A stretch of 64,000 nucleotides of DNA, taken from Balanoglossus misakiensis. Its lineage: Eukaryota; Animalia; Hemichordata. Below, piece by piece: positions 27,627 through 40,745 of this stretch. Numbering within the stretch: the first letter of the stretch is position 1; each line of letters opens with the position of its first letter. Made by a program: the position numbers and the translations under genes. The notes beneath the pieces were generated by a model. It was not told the DNA's origin, did not search any database, and saw only the letters and a program-made list of their open reading frames with translations. The DNA is taken from positions 3,705,319 to 3,769,318 of the forward strand of contig CM082594.2 in assembly GCA_040954595.2 (NCBI GenBank), in the 5' to 3' direction.

Positions 27627-28463
27627 GAGTTACACTCGTGACATTGTTAAACTTTCCTTCTAAATCTGTCTGTCTGTCTGTCTGTCGGTGTGCGTTTTCG
27701 CCCTTATCTATGCGAACATTTTCTTCAAAATATTTTTTTTCTCTTGAACTGCTGATATCCATTCGTTTCAATTTGAAAAAAAAAGTTTACGCGATGACAT
27801 GATCCCAAGAGTAATTCAGCAGCATATATGCAAATTTTGATTAATCAAAGGTTGCTTTGGTGACTGTAATGTATAAAAAAACTTTTTTTAATTGATTGTA
27901 CTGTCGCTGATAAATGCAATCAAAACAAAAATATTACTTGAATGTCCTCCAAGCGCCGGGGAGCACAGAAAATTGAATCTTCACAACATTAAGAAAACTG
28001 TAAAGCTTGCTGAGGTTACAAATTAAACTTTCGGGCGCTAGAAAATTGTCCGCTTACACAAATCCAAAATTCTACACTTGGATTCCATTCGTGACAACGG
28101 GGTCAGGTCGAAGACAAAACAAAACAAAGCACGTCAATTTTCATTTCAATTATACACGTACCGAGAAAATTACACAGAGGTGGTCGCTAAATATTCTCAG
28201 AAAAGAACCAGGGGAGAGAACTCGGAAGAGTTCGACGCGCGCGTCTGGAACATTCACTAGCATGACTAGAGAAAGCTTGCGATGCGCGCGCGTGCATTGC
28301 ATCGTCAGTAGCGCGCCTGAACTTAGTTCCATAGAGAATACAACGTTCCACATCACAGACGCACAACGGTTTTGAAATCATCGATGACTTTATATATCCT
28401 TCTAATAGCCTAATCTCGGGGTAATTCATACAGTTTTCTTTCTCTCCGCGTTCAAAATGTGTG

Positions 28464-31400
28464 ATGAAGACGAGGGACTTATACCTGACATATGTTTTAG
28501 CGGGTAAGTTGAACTTGCAGCAACCAAAGGCTGCCTGTGAACGTCACTGACCGAAGTCGACACTGCTTTCAATTATGAATAAATTTTAGAGGCACGTGTT
28601 CATACAAGCGTTGTCTTGAAGTCAGATACTTCTTTCGCATAATGCACGAAGAATTGTAACATATCGTGCAGTAATCAAACTACATGTACGTGAAAATACA
28701 AGCCAACACATTCAAAGTCGTTATATGAAGTAAGGTGTGCATTAGTTTGTCTGGGGTAATGTATGATATACCGAAGTTTGTTATGGGTTTAGTTGAACTT
28801 GCGTGGTAGTCAGACAGACATTCGGGGATTACAAGTTTTGTGTACTATCACACTGGTTAGAGCGCCACTACCGGTTTAAAATACCCCTTCCCTTGTCTTT
28901 CACTCCAGGGATATTCTTCTCGGGAGTGCTGCTTCAAACTTCGGAAGTTGGTAGGTGACATAATTTCTTTTTTTTTCGAATAGGCCTATTTATTGTGAAG
29001 ATCGTCATCATCAATTGCAAAATTCTCATCTAAGAGCGGAAATAGTATAATTGTGTCATTTCTTTAGTGTAGTCCATGAAATGAACTTTGTACATATATT
29101 CTTTCATCAAATTTGTACCAGTAATGACGTCACATGATTACAAGTCGACATTTCAAGCTATGTTTTAATGCATTCACTAAAAGTATATTCCTTCTGATGG
29201 TTTTGAAAGAGCAGTCACCAAACATTATCAGAAACGCACCTTCATCTGTAATTATTATGTTGACTAGTGTTTTGGGGTGACTGGACCACGTGGTCGTCCT
29301 GCCACCGACAGTGTGACGTCGCATCCGGTAAGGCTTCGCGGAACAGGATGTGCTTTCAAAAGAGGAACAGGCAGAAACAAATAGTGGGTTCCGATATATG
29401 TGAGTTACACGAAGAAGGGTCGTCCACCGAACAGAAAGACTGCTATGAGCCGCTGTGTCAAGGCAATGGTAAGGTTGCATTTCTATTAACGTTACGATAT
29501 GTTCTGCAGCCAGCGTATGACAAACAAGTCGAGGGCGCCCTTCTCGATTCCTAGTTCTCACATGATTGGATGTGTACGATACTAGTCGCCACTAAATTTA
29601 ATATTCGCCATTGATATCGAGTTGTTCATCCAGCACATACATTATTAAAACGTTGAACTTTAAAATGGTATTTTCGATCAAAAATAGACTATATATCGTT
29701 TCCATAGGAATATACCAATCTACGTGGGGAGAATGGAACCAATGGATGCCCTGTTCATTTCACCACGGTTTCTGCGGATCCGGCATCAAGATACGCATAC
29801 GAATGTGTCCAAACAAATACGTAACCAGTGGTTACGGTGGCATGGAGTTGGCCAAGTGCCCAGGCGGTGAAATCATGACAACCAACGAGGAACGGGATGA
29901 GTGCTTTAAGGAATGTCCGAGTAAGATCAACATATTATTAATTAAAGGGGGAATTGCAGTGTTGTCTCGCAAGTAACTTTGACTGTAGTAAGTACCTGTA
30001 GCTATTAAACACGCGTATGGCAACCACATTTGCTGCACCTGGGAATTTGAACGTACAGCTGTACAAAAACACGTGTCGTGCGCAAACGAACACAAAGATC
30101 CGCATACGTGTATTTCTCCATCCACACATTTTGCTTATACCACAGTCACGTGACTTCACTGGCTCGCGGTGTCCCAAGACATTTTATTGTGGATGGAATA
30201 GACACACTGTTAACAACAAAACATCAATTGCTAGATCCATAATAGTACATAGAGGAGTTGTGTTGCGTCAGGGTGGAGAAATAGATCAGTAGTTCACAGC
30301 AACTTAGGCTCATAATGTATCATCATTAGACCGTCAGATCTAATTATTATTATATTATATCATGCTACCGTCCGCGATTCTGATTGGACGAGAGCTGAAT
30401 CCAGCCATGGTAAAATACTGTTTTACCATGGCCAGCAGTGGTAAAACGGGCCCCTGAACTAGCATACGGCAGCAAAATGTACGGTTAAACCACAGTCGCG
30501 CGTGTTTAAACCAAATAAATAAAACAAAAATAATGTTGAATTAACGGACGTTTTATTTTGGAACTGCTCTGTGGATATATTTGTCGCTTTGCCACGCGCG
30601 ATGCCCGTCCTGTCACTTTTTGTCGTCTGCTTCATGTTTAATGCTCGATCCCGGCCGCTCGTGTTTACATTCGTCGTCGCCATGTTGGTTCACGATCGTA
30701 ATTTCTCTTTCTGACACCGTTTCGGTAAGAAAATTACACTGATATGCCACAAAAACAGTTGTTGATATAATATAATAACAATAACCCCCGCCTCAGTCGG
30801 GTATACACTCGATTTGGGTACAATTCGCTCCATATAGCACTCGCCTGACGGCTCGTGCTATATGTCTCGAATTGTACCCAAATCTCGTGTATACCCGCCT
30901 GCGGCGGGGGTTATTGCTTAATTGTATTTTTGTTTTGTTTATAGGAAAAGACACGAAAGGTAAGACAGATACGTTAGCATCAATTATGATCAAAGTGAAA
31001 GTGCTGTCAATCATAGGCAAATGTGCATATAAATAGCTGACATTAAAATTATTCGAATTCAATAACTGAACAAAGTACCAACGCATAATTCCATTGAGTA
31101 AAGTTTGGCGATGTACAGTATAGTAGGACGATGATGGCACCTTTTTGCAGTTAAAAAGCGCCACATTCAACGGAGAAAGGTACGTCTTGTTTTGTTCAGA
31201 AAACGTACATCGTAAGTGGTATATTTTACTAAATTTTAGACAAATATGGCGGCTGGAGCGAATGGGGCCAGTGGGTGTGTACGGAGGAATGCGAGACTGG
31301 TGTCATAGCAACAAGATCCAGGGCATGTGACAATCCCCCACCTTTGCCAGATTATATGTGTCCAGGGGTTTTAGAAGAAACTACAGATTGTGAAGGCAAA

Positions 31401-33074
31401 TGTTTAAGAGGCGAGTATAAGAGTTGGCATTTTCTAGACGTCCACTATCTGTAACTTAGAGTTGTATTTTTCCGCTATTTTTGCTTCGTGTCTCAACTAC
31501 ATTTTCTAGTTCTCCTCCCTATACTTTCCCCCAAATAGCCAGTTTTCTGCTCCTCAAACAGTCATGTGTACGTTTAAAAACCATGTCAGTGTTAACAAAT
31601 TGTGCATTCAAGAATTGAATACAGTTTTTAACAATAACAATGCTGATTATGCTGATATGGGATATGTGTTGAGATGACAAATACTAGGCAGGCATTTAAT
31701 CCGCCAAAAAGGTAGAGGACAATTTTATAGGTATGGAATTTATTTTGAAGTTGCCAAACATGATCGATTAGCATTTTTTTGTTGGTGAAGTCACCGCTAT
31801 GTAAACCAGGGCCTTGCGTATCAATTCTCACTTTGCCACTTTACGTGTACCCCAGAATGGACGGAATGGTCAGAGTGGACCTCGTGTACAATGTCTTGCG
31901 ACGCTCCACTGAGACAAAGAACCCGACAGTGCCAGGGCCATGGATCGCCCTGCCAAGGAGATGCCACGGAAACCAAATCGTGCATCGATTCTAGCAGACA
32001 TGAGATGTGCCCTACAGGTATGTATGCACCAAGTTGCTTTCTGAGATGTGGACCAAGAGAAAATCAAAACTCCTATACACAGATAAAGGTGAACAGATAG
32101 GACAGACGAGGTAGTGTCAGACAGACAGACAGACAGACAGACAGACGGACAGACAGACAGGCGGACAAAAGGGAGGGGCGGGTGGAAACAGGGGCAGTGT
32201 TTGGTAGAATTTGGTCATAAATGTAGCAGTCTGAATAAACATAATTTAGTAGATCTCCCCCCACCTTCTCTCTCTCTCTCTCTGTCTCTCAATGAACCTA
32301 CCTCACAGTTAACGGAGGGTGGAGTGTATGGACGTTTTGGTCGGACGAATGCAGTGTCACGTGCAATGAAGGGGTTCAGGTCAGGACTCGAAAGTGTAAT
32401 AATCCCAAACCAGCCGGCCTTGGTCAAGGTCAGTACACGTACCCAATAAGTGTTTTATACAGTTTTAACACATGCTTTGAAATTAATCGTTGTGTTTAGT
32501 ACCTTCCCTACTAGCTATTCACTTTACTTGCAAGAATGTACAAATACTCAACAATAGACATACAAACAACACATAATAATGCATGATTGTTGATAAAAAT
32601 AGAGATAGCTGGCGCATACTCTTCTGCTTCTGGTATCACCAAATAATTTTAAGTTTTTGTTAATATTCGAGCCACCTTCTTTTCCAAGCGTTAGGTAATA
32701 TCTCCGTGATTTAAAACTCACTTGAGAGAAATGACTGTAATTCTGTTTAATCGATACATATTTTAATTTCTACAAAACCTTTTTAAAGACTGCAGAGGAA
32801 ACGAAGAAGACACCAAAGTTTGCCGCACTCAAGTACCCTGTCCGGTCAACGGAACGTGGTCGAAGTGGTCCCCATGGATAGACTGCAGCGCCACCTGTGG
32901 CGAAGGTGAAGGTCATAGGTCACGAAACTGTACACCGCCACAACATGGCGGGTTGAAGTGTCAAGGACCAAAGGAGGAAAGGGGAACCTGCATTATCCAA
33001 GAATGCCCTTTGCCAACCCTCCCACCAGGTAGGAACGAAGGAAATATCTTCAAAATAAATACTTTTACTAGTTT

Positions 33075-33137
<63 letters not shown>

Positions 33138-36100
33138 TATATTTATTTATTTATTTACTTAAACTATAAAATGAAGTACAGAATGATAGATAACGACCAT
33201 CAGACGTATCGTATTCAATGGACAAATATCAACGTTATGTTTCATTTATTTTAGATCTACAAAGCCAGCTGCAACATGAGCTTGACCGTAAGTACCTTTT
33301 TATGGGCGATAATTGATGATTCCACTTGTGCATATTTCTGCACGCTTCGTTGACTTTTGTGGATTTTCTGTTTCTGATCATATTTCGAAAAGTTTAACCC
33401 ATTCAAATCTCTGGATATTCAGTCCAGCCTTGTAGTTTGGCGAAACTACATAATTCTTAGGAGATAATAACAATAAGCAACGAAAGTTTGTTCAACGGTT
33501 TCTCTGTGTTTTAACAAATAATCTCTCTCTCCGTTACCCCAACCCCTCAATGTCTCTCTCTCCCACTCTCGCTCTTCCATTGTAGAGCTGGAAAATAATT
33601 TGCAAAAATCAGAAGGTGATGCAGTAACGATGGCTTGTGCAAATATGGAAACCGTTCAGGACTATTATTCAGGTGCACTAGTTTCGTGGGAACAAAACCA
33701 ACAACCTGTTCCCGTCGACGGCCAAAGAATGTGGTTAGATAGAGGATCGTTGGGTAAGCGTTTCTGGTTTGGGCATGATCACTTGTCAATATTTAAGTGC
33801 GCCCTCATACATGTACACATCGCCCGCCCTTCGTTCCTTCGTTCGGTGACATCGAAAAAATATTTTCAATGATAATTCATACTTTGCAACAAGTGGCACT
33901 CCTATTTGTTTACAATTTGCATTCGATATTGCTGAGGTTCCCTGTTTAGATGAATCGTTTCATCGAAAACAATGACATCTGACTAAAGCCAGCACCTAAA
34001 CATGTTGCCGAAGAAATATAGTTGTCATACCAGATACCAAACACTGTCCATTACAAAGAATGAAAAATAGTCTATACACGGATGACGGGAGGTTAAAACT
34101 CTCGTTTCTGAACTTGGGGACTACCCATAAGCGGCATCGAGCAACGAAATTTTCAGTATGTAGTTCTGGCGGGAAATGGCTACAAATCTGCAACGTCCAA
34201 GACATCAATTTGTGAGTTTAACTCTAAAATCTTGTTGGAATATTCTCACAGTTTTCAGGAGTGTTAAAAATGAAGACAGCGGTGTGTATTCGTGTCAGCT
34301 GGACTTCGGCGGCGCTTCAAAAGCCACCGTCACCTTCTATGTTCTCTCCGGTGAGTATAAAATATATTCGCCGTCCAATGACAAAATAATAAGTCCACCA
34401 ATGCAGCGCGTATAGGTAGATGCAGTCGGTGAAAGTTGAAAGTTGACAGATGGATTTAAGTATCAAATACAGCAAGAATTCAATCCAGAAATAATTAAAT
34501 TTGACGTACATTGTATCATAAATTTGAACGCATAGAACTAATTGTGTATTTTTTCACAAAAATGTAAACTTTGTTTTGGCTGGTTACCATCACATGTAGC
34601 GTTTGTATTTTTATCTATGGAAAAAACACAGATTAGTGAGACTAAATGTACCAACACGCTCACGGTTTCGGTCTGTGCGACCAAAATTTGTTCCCAAATT
34701 GTGACATTACTTTCACCTCATTTTATTATGTACATATCTAATGTAGATACACGATAGGGCTGGAAGTCTTGTTTTTTTTTGTTGGGCATGTCAGCTTGGG
34801 GTCCATCAACGCTGCTTGCGGCTTTTCATTTGTCTTTGTTGGTGTTCTTAATAGTGGAATCGAGGAAACCCGATATATCAGTACGGGAAAACGAAGATTT
34901 ACAATTGGTGTGCAACGGCGTCACGTTAGGCTTGTTGTTCCAGGGCAGCGTCATGTCCTGGCTGAAAGACGGATACGTCTTCAAGAATTATGGCTCAATC
35001 AAGCCGCAAGAGGTGGGTGAAACCATTGAATGGGGTCGAGGGGTCAGGCTGCGCGTAGAAAGTTATGCGCACTGATTGGCTCCAACTTCACATTGTTCCC
35101 CGTATGGTTGTATTTTGATTAAGTACATGACCAAGAAATGCCTAACCAAAACAATAGATAATGTTCTTATATCGTTGTCTGGTTTCATTTCTTATCTGTC
35201 TATCGCATTCAAAAGCATTCGTGAGCTAAGGGTGTCGAAGGATGTTTAAACCAAATTATTAAACTTACGTCAAGATCAAAATTCAAAATTGGAACCGCTC
35301 GAGATTTCTTTACTCTTCAATTTTAGGGAAAGGGTTTTCAAATCAAGGGCAAGCATCAAATACAAAGATAACCAGCCAGAATATATACTCGTCAGTACAA
35401 AATACTGATTGCGGGAAAATGGGTCACATATAAGCTCCATCATCACATAATCGTTCTTAATTTTGATTAGAAGATTGCAATGCCCAGGAACTGACGTGAT
35501 ATATTAGCAGTCGGTACTGATTGGGTGGCAGATTAATTGGAATTTTCGGTCGATATCTACAAATAGCCACAAGTTTAATTATACTTCTTCGCTTTGCAAA
35601 TCGAAATAAAGATAAAGAAAACTCACAAGATGATATATTACATGCGAAGGTGGTTCGCTTTCATGTTGACCATACTCGTCTTGAAAGTTTTACAATGAAT
35701 GAAGTAGCCTGTTGTTTCATGTTTACCATGTACATTTGTACCGGCAACTTAATAATCGTTTCCTTTGAATCAGTCGTCGCCATGTTCAAAGGGTGGGGGT
35801 CGTCTGAACTGCGCATGTGCGATTTTTCCGTTTACAAACTCACTGTCGGCATTGTTCCCGCAGACTACTATAGTAGGGACTGGGATGTGATAAAAGCAAC
35901 GACTCATTGTTTGCAACGGTGTACTTTGTAGCAGCAGTTACAAGATGCGCCTGTTTTACTTGCTATATATACTGTAGCAATTGTGTCGTTTTTGACCCAT
36001 CCCACTGCCGCAGACGGACGACAGATACCATATACATGTAAGGCTTTATAGACGAGTCAAAACTATACATGTAGTTTGAACAACTGATTATTGTGGGCAT

Positions 36101-39100
36101 ACACCCACTCCAGGGTCTATGTCGTATTTTCATAAGGCCTTGTGACCGGATATCAGAAACTTCCCTGTAATTAATGACCTGAAAATTAATGTTCAAAGAT
36201 ACAAGCACAAAACATAGCTTTTACAACTTTCTTGAGAGCACCATATGTTGGCAACAAACGAGGTTTCATATCGCCTGACTTCTGATTCCGTTCAAGGTTA
36301 ATGTCGAGTTCATACCGAGTGTCACGAAAGAATATGAGGGGACGTGGAGATGTGAGATACAGGACGGTGCAACCAACAGGAAATGGACCACCAACATCGT
36401 AACGGTGCGAGGTAATTGTACATTTATTGTCGAAAATTGGGGTTTATGGAACAGTCCCTCAGCACACATGTATGTATGTAAATAACAGTCAGCTCCAATT
36501 CGTCTATCCATCTCGCAAAATGTCTGTGTGTCTCCACTCTGGCCTCGTTCTCATAAGCTATTTCCATGTACATTGTACTTTCATTGCCACAGCCACTAAA
36601 GTTAACCGATCACGTTTTTTTCTCCTTATAACCCACTTCTTTTGCGTTCTCATTCATCTTCTGTCTGTCATTCGCACATGTCTCATTCTGCGTACTGTCT
36701 TTGTGTCTCTTGCAACGTTCCGTGTTGCTTGGCAACGGAAGTTGCATCCTACGCTCACACAGTAACAGCAGCTATTGTGGAAATTGGGACGGCAAGAGAT
36801 GGGTATCTGATTGCCGCTGAAGTTCATAGACCGAAATTCTTTCGTGGTGGCGGATGCCAATTCAGTTCAGGGGGTGTCACATTTGTGCTTCTACTGATAT
36901 GGCGGCAAGTTATCAGAGCCTGCAAATGGTTAAACAAGAAATCAATCACAACTTCCCACTGCGTGAAAGCAACAAAAAAATACTCCGCCATAGATGTATC
37001 CCGGATTCGAAGCATCCAAGCTCTCATTACGAACAATAAAAACTGGAGCGCAACCTGATAACGCGCAATAATCGTGAAATGCCAGTGCTGATTGAATACA
37101 CATATCGCATCAAACCGTCCTTGGATTATCTGATATTGTATCTTTCCTGATCAACACTAAATACGATAACTCCGAGTGTTACGCCTTCATCAAGTGGTGG
37201 ATACCGACCTTTTTCCATCAGCGTACAATTCGAATTTGTGACAGAAAACTCAAAACTGATATATTTTGGTTTTTTCTTTCTTTCTTTCCTCAGTTTTACC
37301 TGCTAAAGGTGAGTAAATTACATTTCCGTCGAATTAATAATCATTATCATTCGGTTGTAGTATGACCTACCGATTCGGAAGTACATAAAATTAGTGACAC
37401 CTAAATGACTTATTGTGAATGCCATATATGCTAAAATTAAAACAGATAGACTGAGACCTCCTTCTAAATCAGAGAGACGGTTATTCAGACAACCGTCCTT
37501 GCTTTGGAGGAGGGCGTCTTGAAAGACATGTCAAAATCGACACCTCCTCTCCGAGCAAGTATCGCCAATACATATTTGCTCTGATCATTTCTAGGTCTGG
37601 CAGACAAAGCCGTAGAGGGGGCTTTCAGCAATCCTAAACTCGCTGGCGGCGTAGCGGGCGCAGTTGGTTTCCTTATAACAGTTATACTGATCATCTGCAT
37701 TACAAAACGCAGGTAGGTTCAGCAGACTCGCAAACACTCCTTATTACACGTATTCGGAAACGATTGTTTGGTTTATTCGGCAATAGCAAAGAACACATCT
37801 CTGCCGACGTGTGCAACAGTTAAATATTTGCTCAGAAAGATTGGTTTAATTTGCGGTATTTACGGTTCTACAATTAATAATCACGACTGATAGTGGTTGC
37901 ATTTTGACTAGTAATAATGGGATTTTTTTTTTCAATCTGAGTTATGTGATTGTCTAAACTAAAGGATCGAAAGCAACTGTGATAGTATGGAAATAGTCGA
38001 CAAGTTACACATTCAATCGTATATGGAAGTGTTTACTGGCGAATCTTCAATCAATGCGCGAAGTGACCTGGGTGGCATCGTGCGTAGAAAAGAGATATAT
38101 CAGCATCATGTCTATTTTTACGCTTGCAAGTTGTTCTTCACCTGATCGATCTGATCGATCACATGAAAAGTTTTAGTTGTGTGTTCACATGTGTATCCTT
38201 GATTGTCACAAACGATCGCTGATGTCTTTACAGGGTGTAACCATGGAAACCCCCATTTCTAACTAAGGAGAGTGCATTTGGTCTCATTTTGAAATTCGGT
38301 ATAATCACGGGGAGTGTGTTGTATCAAAGGTCTAAATTTTAAACTTTGAAAGGGACAGTCGCGCACATCACCTGCAAGGGCGTGTCATGGTTGATATATG
38401 GGGAACGTTGAAGTGAAAATTGATCGAAAAGTAAAGGTTGAGATAATGTTTATTCTCGTCTACCCAATCCACGCAAAGAGATGTACCCATGAATCGTAAA
38501 TGGCAATACAGAATTTCTATCAGGTACATAAGGGGCCCTTTATAGTACATTGGACTATTGTCTGCTGAGCCCATTATTCTTTCCTCTGGTCGCCGTTTCG
38601 TGGAAATTGTATATCCTGTACAAGTTTTAAAATCTAGTTTATGCTACATTTCTCTATAAATCAAGGACGTCATTCATAATACCTAAAGTGCATTCTGGAT
38701 AAATCGACATTCATCACTTGACCAGTTTGCTGACGTGTCTTGTGTCATTGAATGTCTGGATCCTACAAATGACTTCTAATAATAGCATGAATGCATCCTG
38801 TGTCGAGAAGAAATTAGCAGATCAGGGGGAAAAGACGCTCAATGACACATCTCTGGGTCATTTTGTTTTATATGGCAAACGCATGAGTCTGGTTCATGAT
38901 GATATACGTCATAACACACTATAATACTGAAGTGTATATCAGTAGATGAGAGGCCACAATTTGACTTCCGACCGAAAAAAAGTGTTAAAGTCCGGGCCGG
39001 ATATATTTGAAGGTGAAAAATGTGTCAAAAGCCCGGATCATTAAGATGTTCCACTTGTTTTCGCTTACGCCAGAAATAAACCATGACAATGGGATAATAG

Positions 39101-40533
39101 GCATGAGCTTTTCGCTGCGTAATTCAAGCCGTCACCCAAGCAGCAACCTGTAGTTTCATCATAAACTTCGATATTTCCTAGTCATATAGCGCCATAATAC
39201 TTACTTGAATAAAGTATTTGTCTACATCAAAACATTACGTCGGCCCTATGATCTATGTTTACACCACTATGCCAAGCTGAGTTTATGTATTCTGGAAAAG
39301 TCGATGATGAAAACTTAAAGGGCAAATTACTGTCGTCGCTTGCAAATTACTTCTAACGCGGATGCATATTGTATCGTGAAGAAACAACCAGATCAGAAGC
39401 ATACTCAGCGCCGACCCGTTAAAAAAACAAAGAAAGATCTCTCTTCCCTTTACATTGTAAGATTTATTTTCGGTCAACCAATATGGGAGAAATTATCATG
39501 ACTATACTTGTGAGAGGCGTTCTCGGGTTTGGCACTTGCCTGCCTATTAAATTGTATATTGCTGATGCAATAATGGTGCATGGATTTCCCCTAGAACGTA
39601 GATCATGAATTACTTGGCAGGTTTTATGTATATCATGCAGTACGTGAATCTGGTGCGTTGTTGATACATGTACCAATACGTTACTGTGAGACAATTTTTT
39701 TTATAAACCTCCGTCGTACTACGTTTTACTGTATAACAAAACATTTGTATTACAGTAACTTTAAAAATCTATAATAATGGCAGAATAATGTATTAGTGCG
39801 ACGAGTGTATTACTCTGGCTGACAACAGTTCGCTTAAGCTGACATCACAGCACATGCGCAGCAGCTATTTTTGTGCCAGAGCTGCAAACATTGCTGTAAA
39901 TTTCAGTGCACTTTTCTGAAATGTTTGCATTAATTATTTTCAACCACTGGCATAGTGGGCGTTTTTACGATAAGTCACTGTTACCACTATCGTTAGATAA
40001 GACAAAGCACGCTACTTGTACTCCTGTTTGTTTTCAAGTCTCCCCGTCGTAACAACCGGGCTATTGAAGAATGGGTTTATACAAAACTATGACTATTTTT
40101 GCCGTTTTCACTCTATCTTTCTCTCTTTGTCTATGTCAGTATCTGTCTCTTTTTCTCCCTCTCGTTTATCTGTCTCTGTCTCTGCCTCTCTCTCTCTCCG
40201 TCCGTCTCTATGTCTCCCTCTATGTCGCTCTCTCTCTCTCTCTTACTCTCTCTACCTATCTCACTCACTCACTGGATTTTTATGAGTTTGATCTTTCTAT
40301 CTCCTTAGGTCAATCTATTTCTGTTACATATGTTGCGTAGAGGCAGCTACCGTCACAACTGATATACATCTCACGTATTCTCTTATTAATTCAGGAAAAG
40401 GGGTGGTTCTAAGTCATCACGTTCGCTTTCTTCTGACGAATCTGACAGCGGCGAAAGCGACGGCTACTACGACGAATCCGGGGACGACAGAAGCTTGTAT
40501 TCGTGGAGCGGCAGCGGTTACAGTGACACGTGA
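28464..40533 (+). CDS. Type I membrane protein: signal peptide, 6 thrombospondin type-1 repeats, 2 Ig domains, TM, short acidic cytoplasmic tail (682 aa, 17 exons)
   Basis: Phase-consistent exons: 28464-28503, 28909-28950 ([27 protein letters not shown]), 29268-29468, 29708-29920, 30945-30959, 31240-31410, 31856-32017, 32309-32428, 32789-33028 (TSP1 WxxWxxW..C...R.R.C motifs: [60 protein letters not shown]), 33255-33287, 33586-33753, 34252-34350 (Ig1: C...W...EDSGVYSC), 34855-35012, 36297-36411 (Ig2: C...WLKDG...EGTWRC), 37294-37308, 37595-37712 ([23 protein letters not shown], then KRRKR), 40395-40533 (tail, TGA). Total 2049 nt, in frame. Confidence 0.85.
30340..30920. mobile_element. Intronic non-autonomous element with internal palindrome and 138-nt terminal imperfect hairpin
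   Basis: Perfect 12-bp-arm inverted repeat GCCATGGTAAAA-tactg-TTTTACCATGGC at 30404-30432 and a long fold-back at 30779-30916, with AT-rich ends. Boundaries approximate; family not identified. Confidence 0.55.
32117..32160. repeat. (CAGA)n microsatellite
   Basis: Seen directly; intronic. Confidence 0.9.
33074..33157. repeat. (TTTA)n microsatellite
   Basis: About 20 units with one interruption; intronic. Confidence 0.95.
40110..40272. repeat. CT-rich low-complexity tract
   Basis: Degenerate (CT)n/(CTGT)n upstream of the last exon; source of spurious SL-rich ORFs. Confidence 0.85.
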
Positions 40534-40739
40534 ACACGTATATTAACAAGAGGGAGGACTTGCAGTTGCACTGATGCAACAGATTAGTCATGGTGGTGCG
40601 ATGATGACGATTAGGGCGGTGTTCGTGATGATGTTGGCGGTCCGCGCACTCGTTAACGTAATAGTTCCTGCACAGGCGGGCACAGATGTGGCGATAGCGA
40701 TAAGTCGTGAATCCTTTGCTTTACACGGTACCGGCTTAG

Positions 40740-40745
40740 AATAAA
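40740..40745 (+). terminator. Candidate polyadenylation signal of the TSP1-Ig membrane protein gene
   Basis: AATAAA about 210 nt after the stop codon. Confidence 0.4.
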
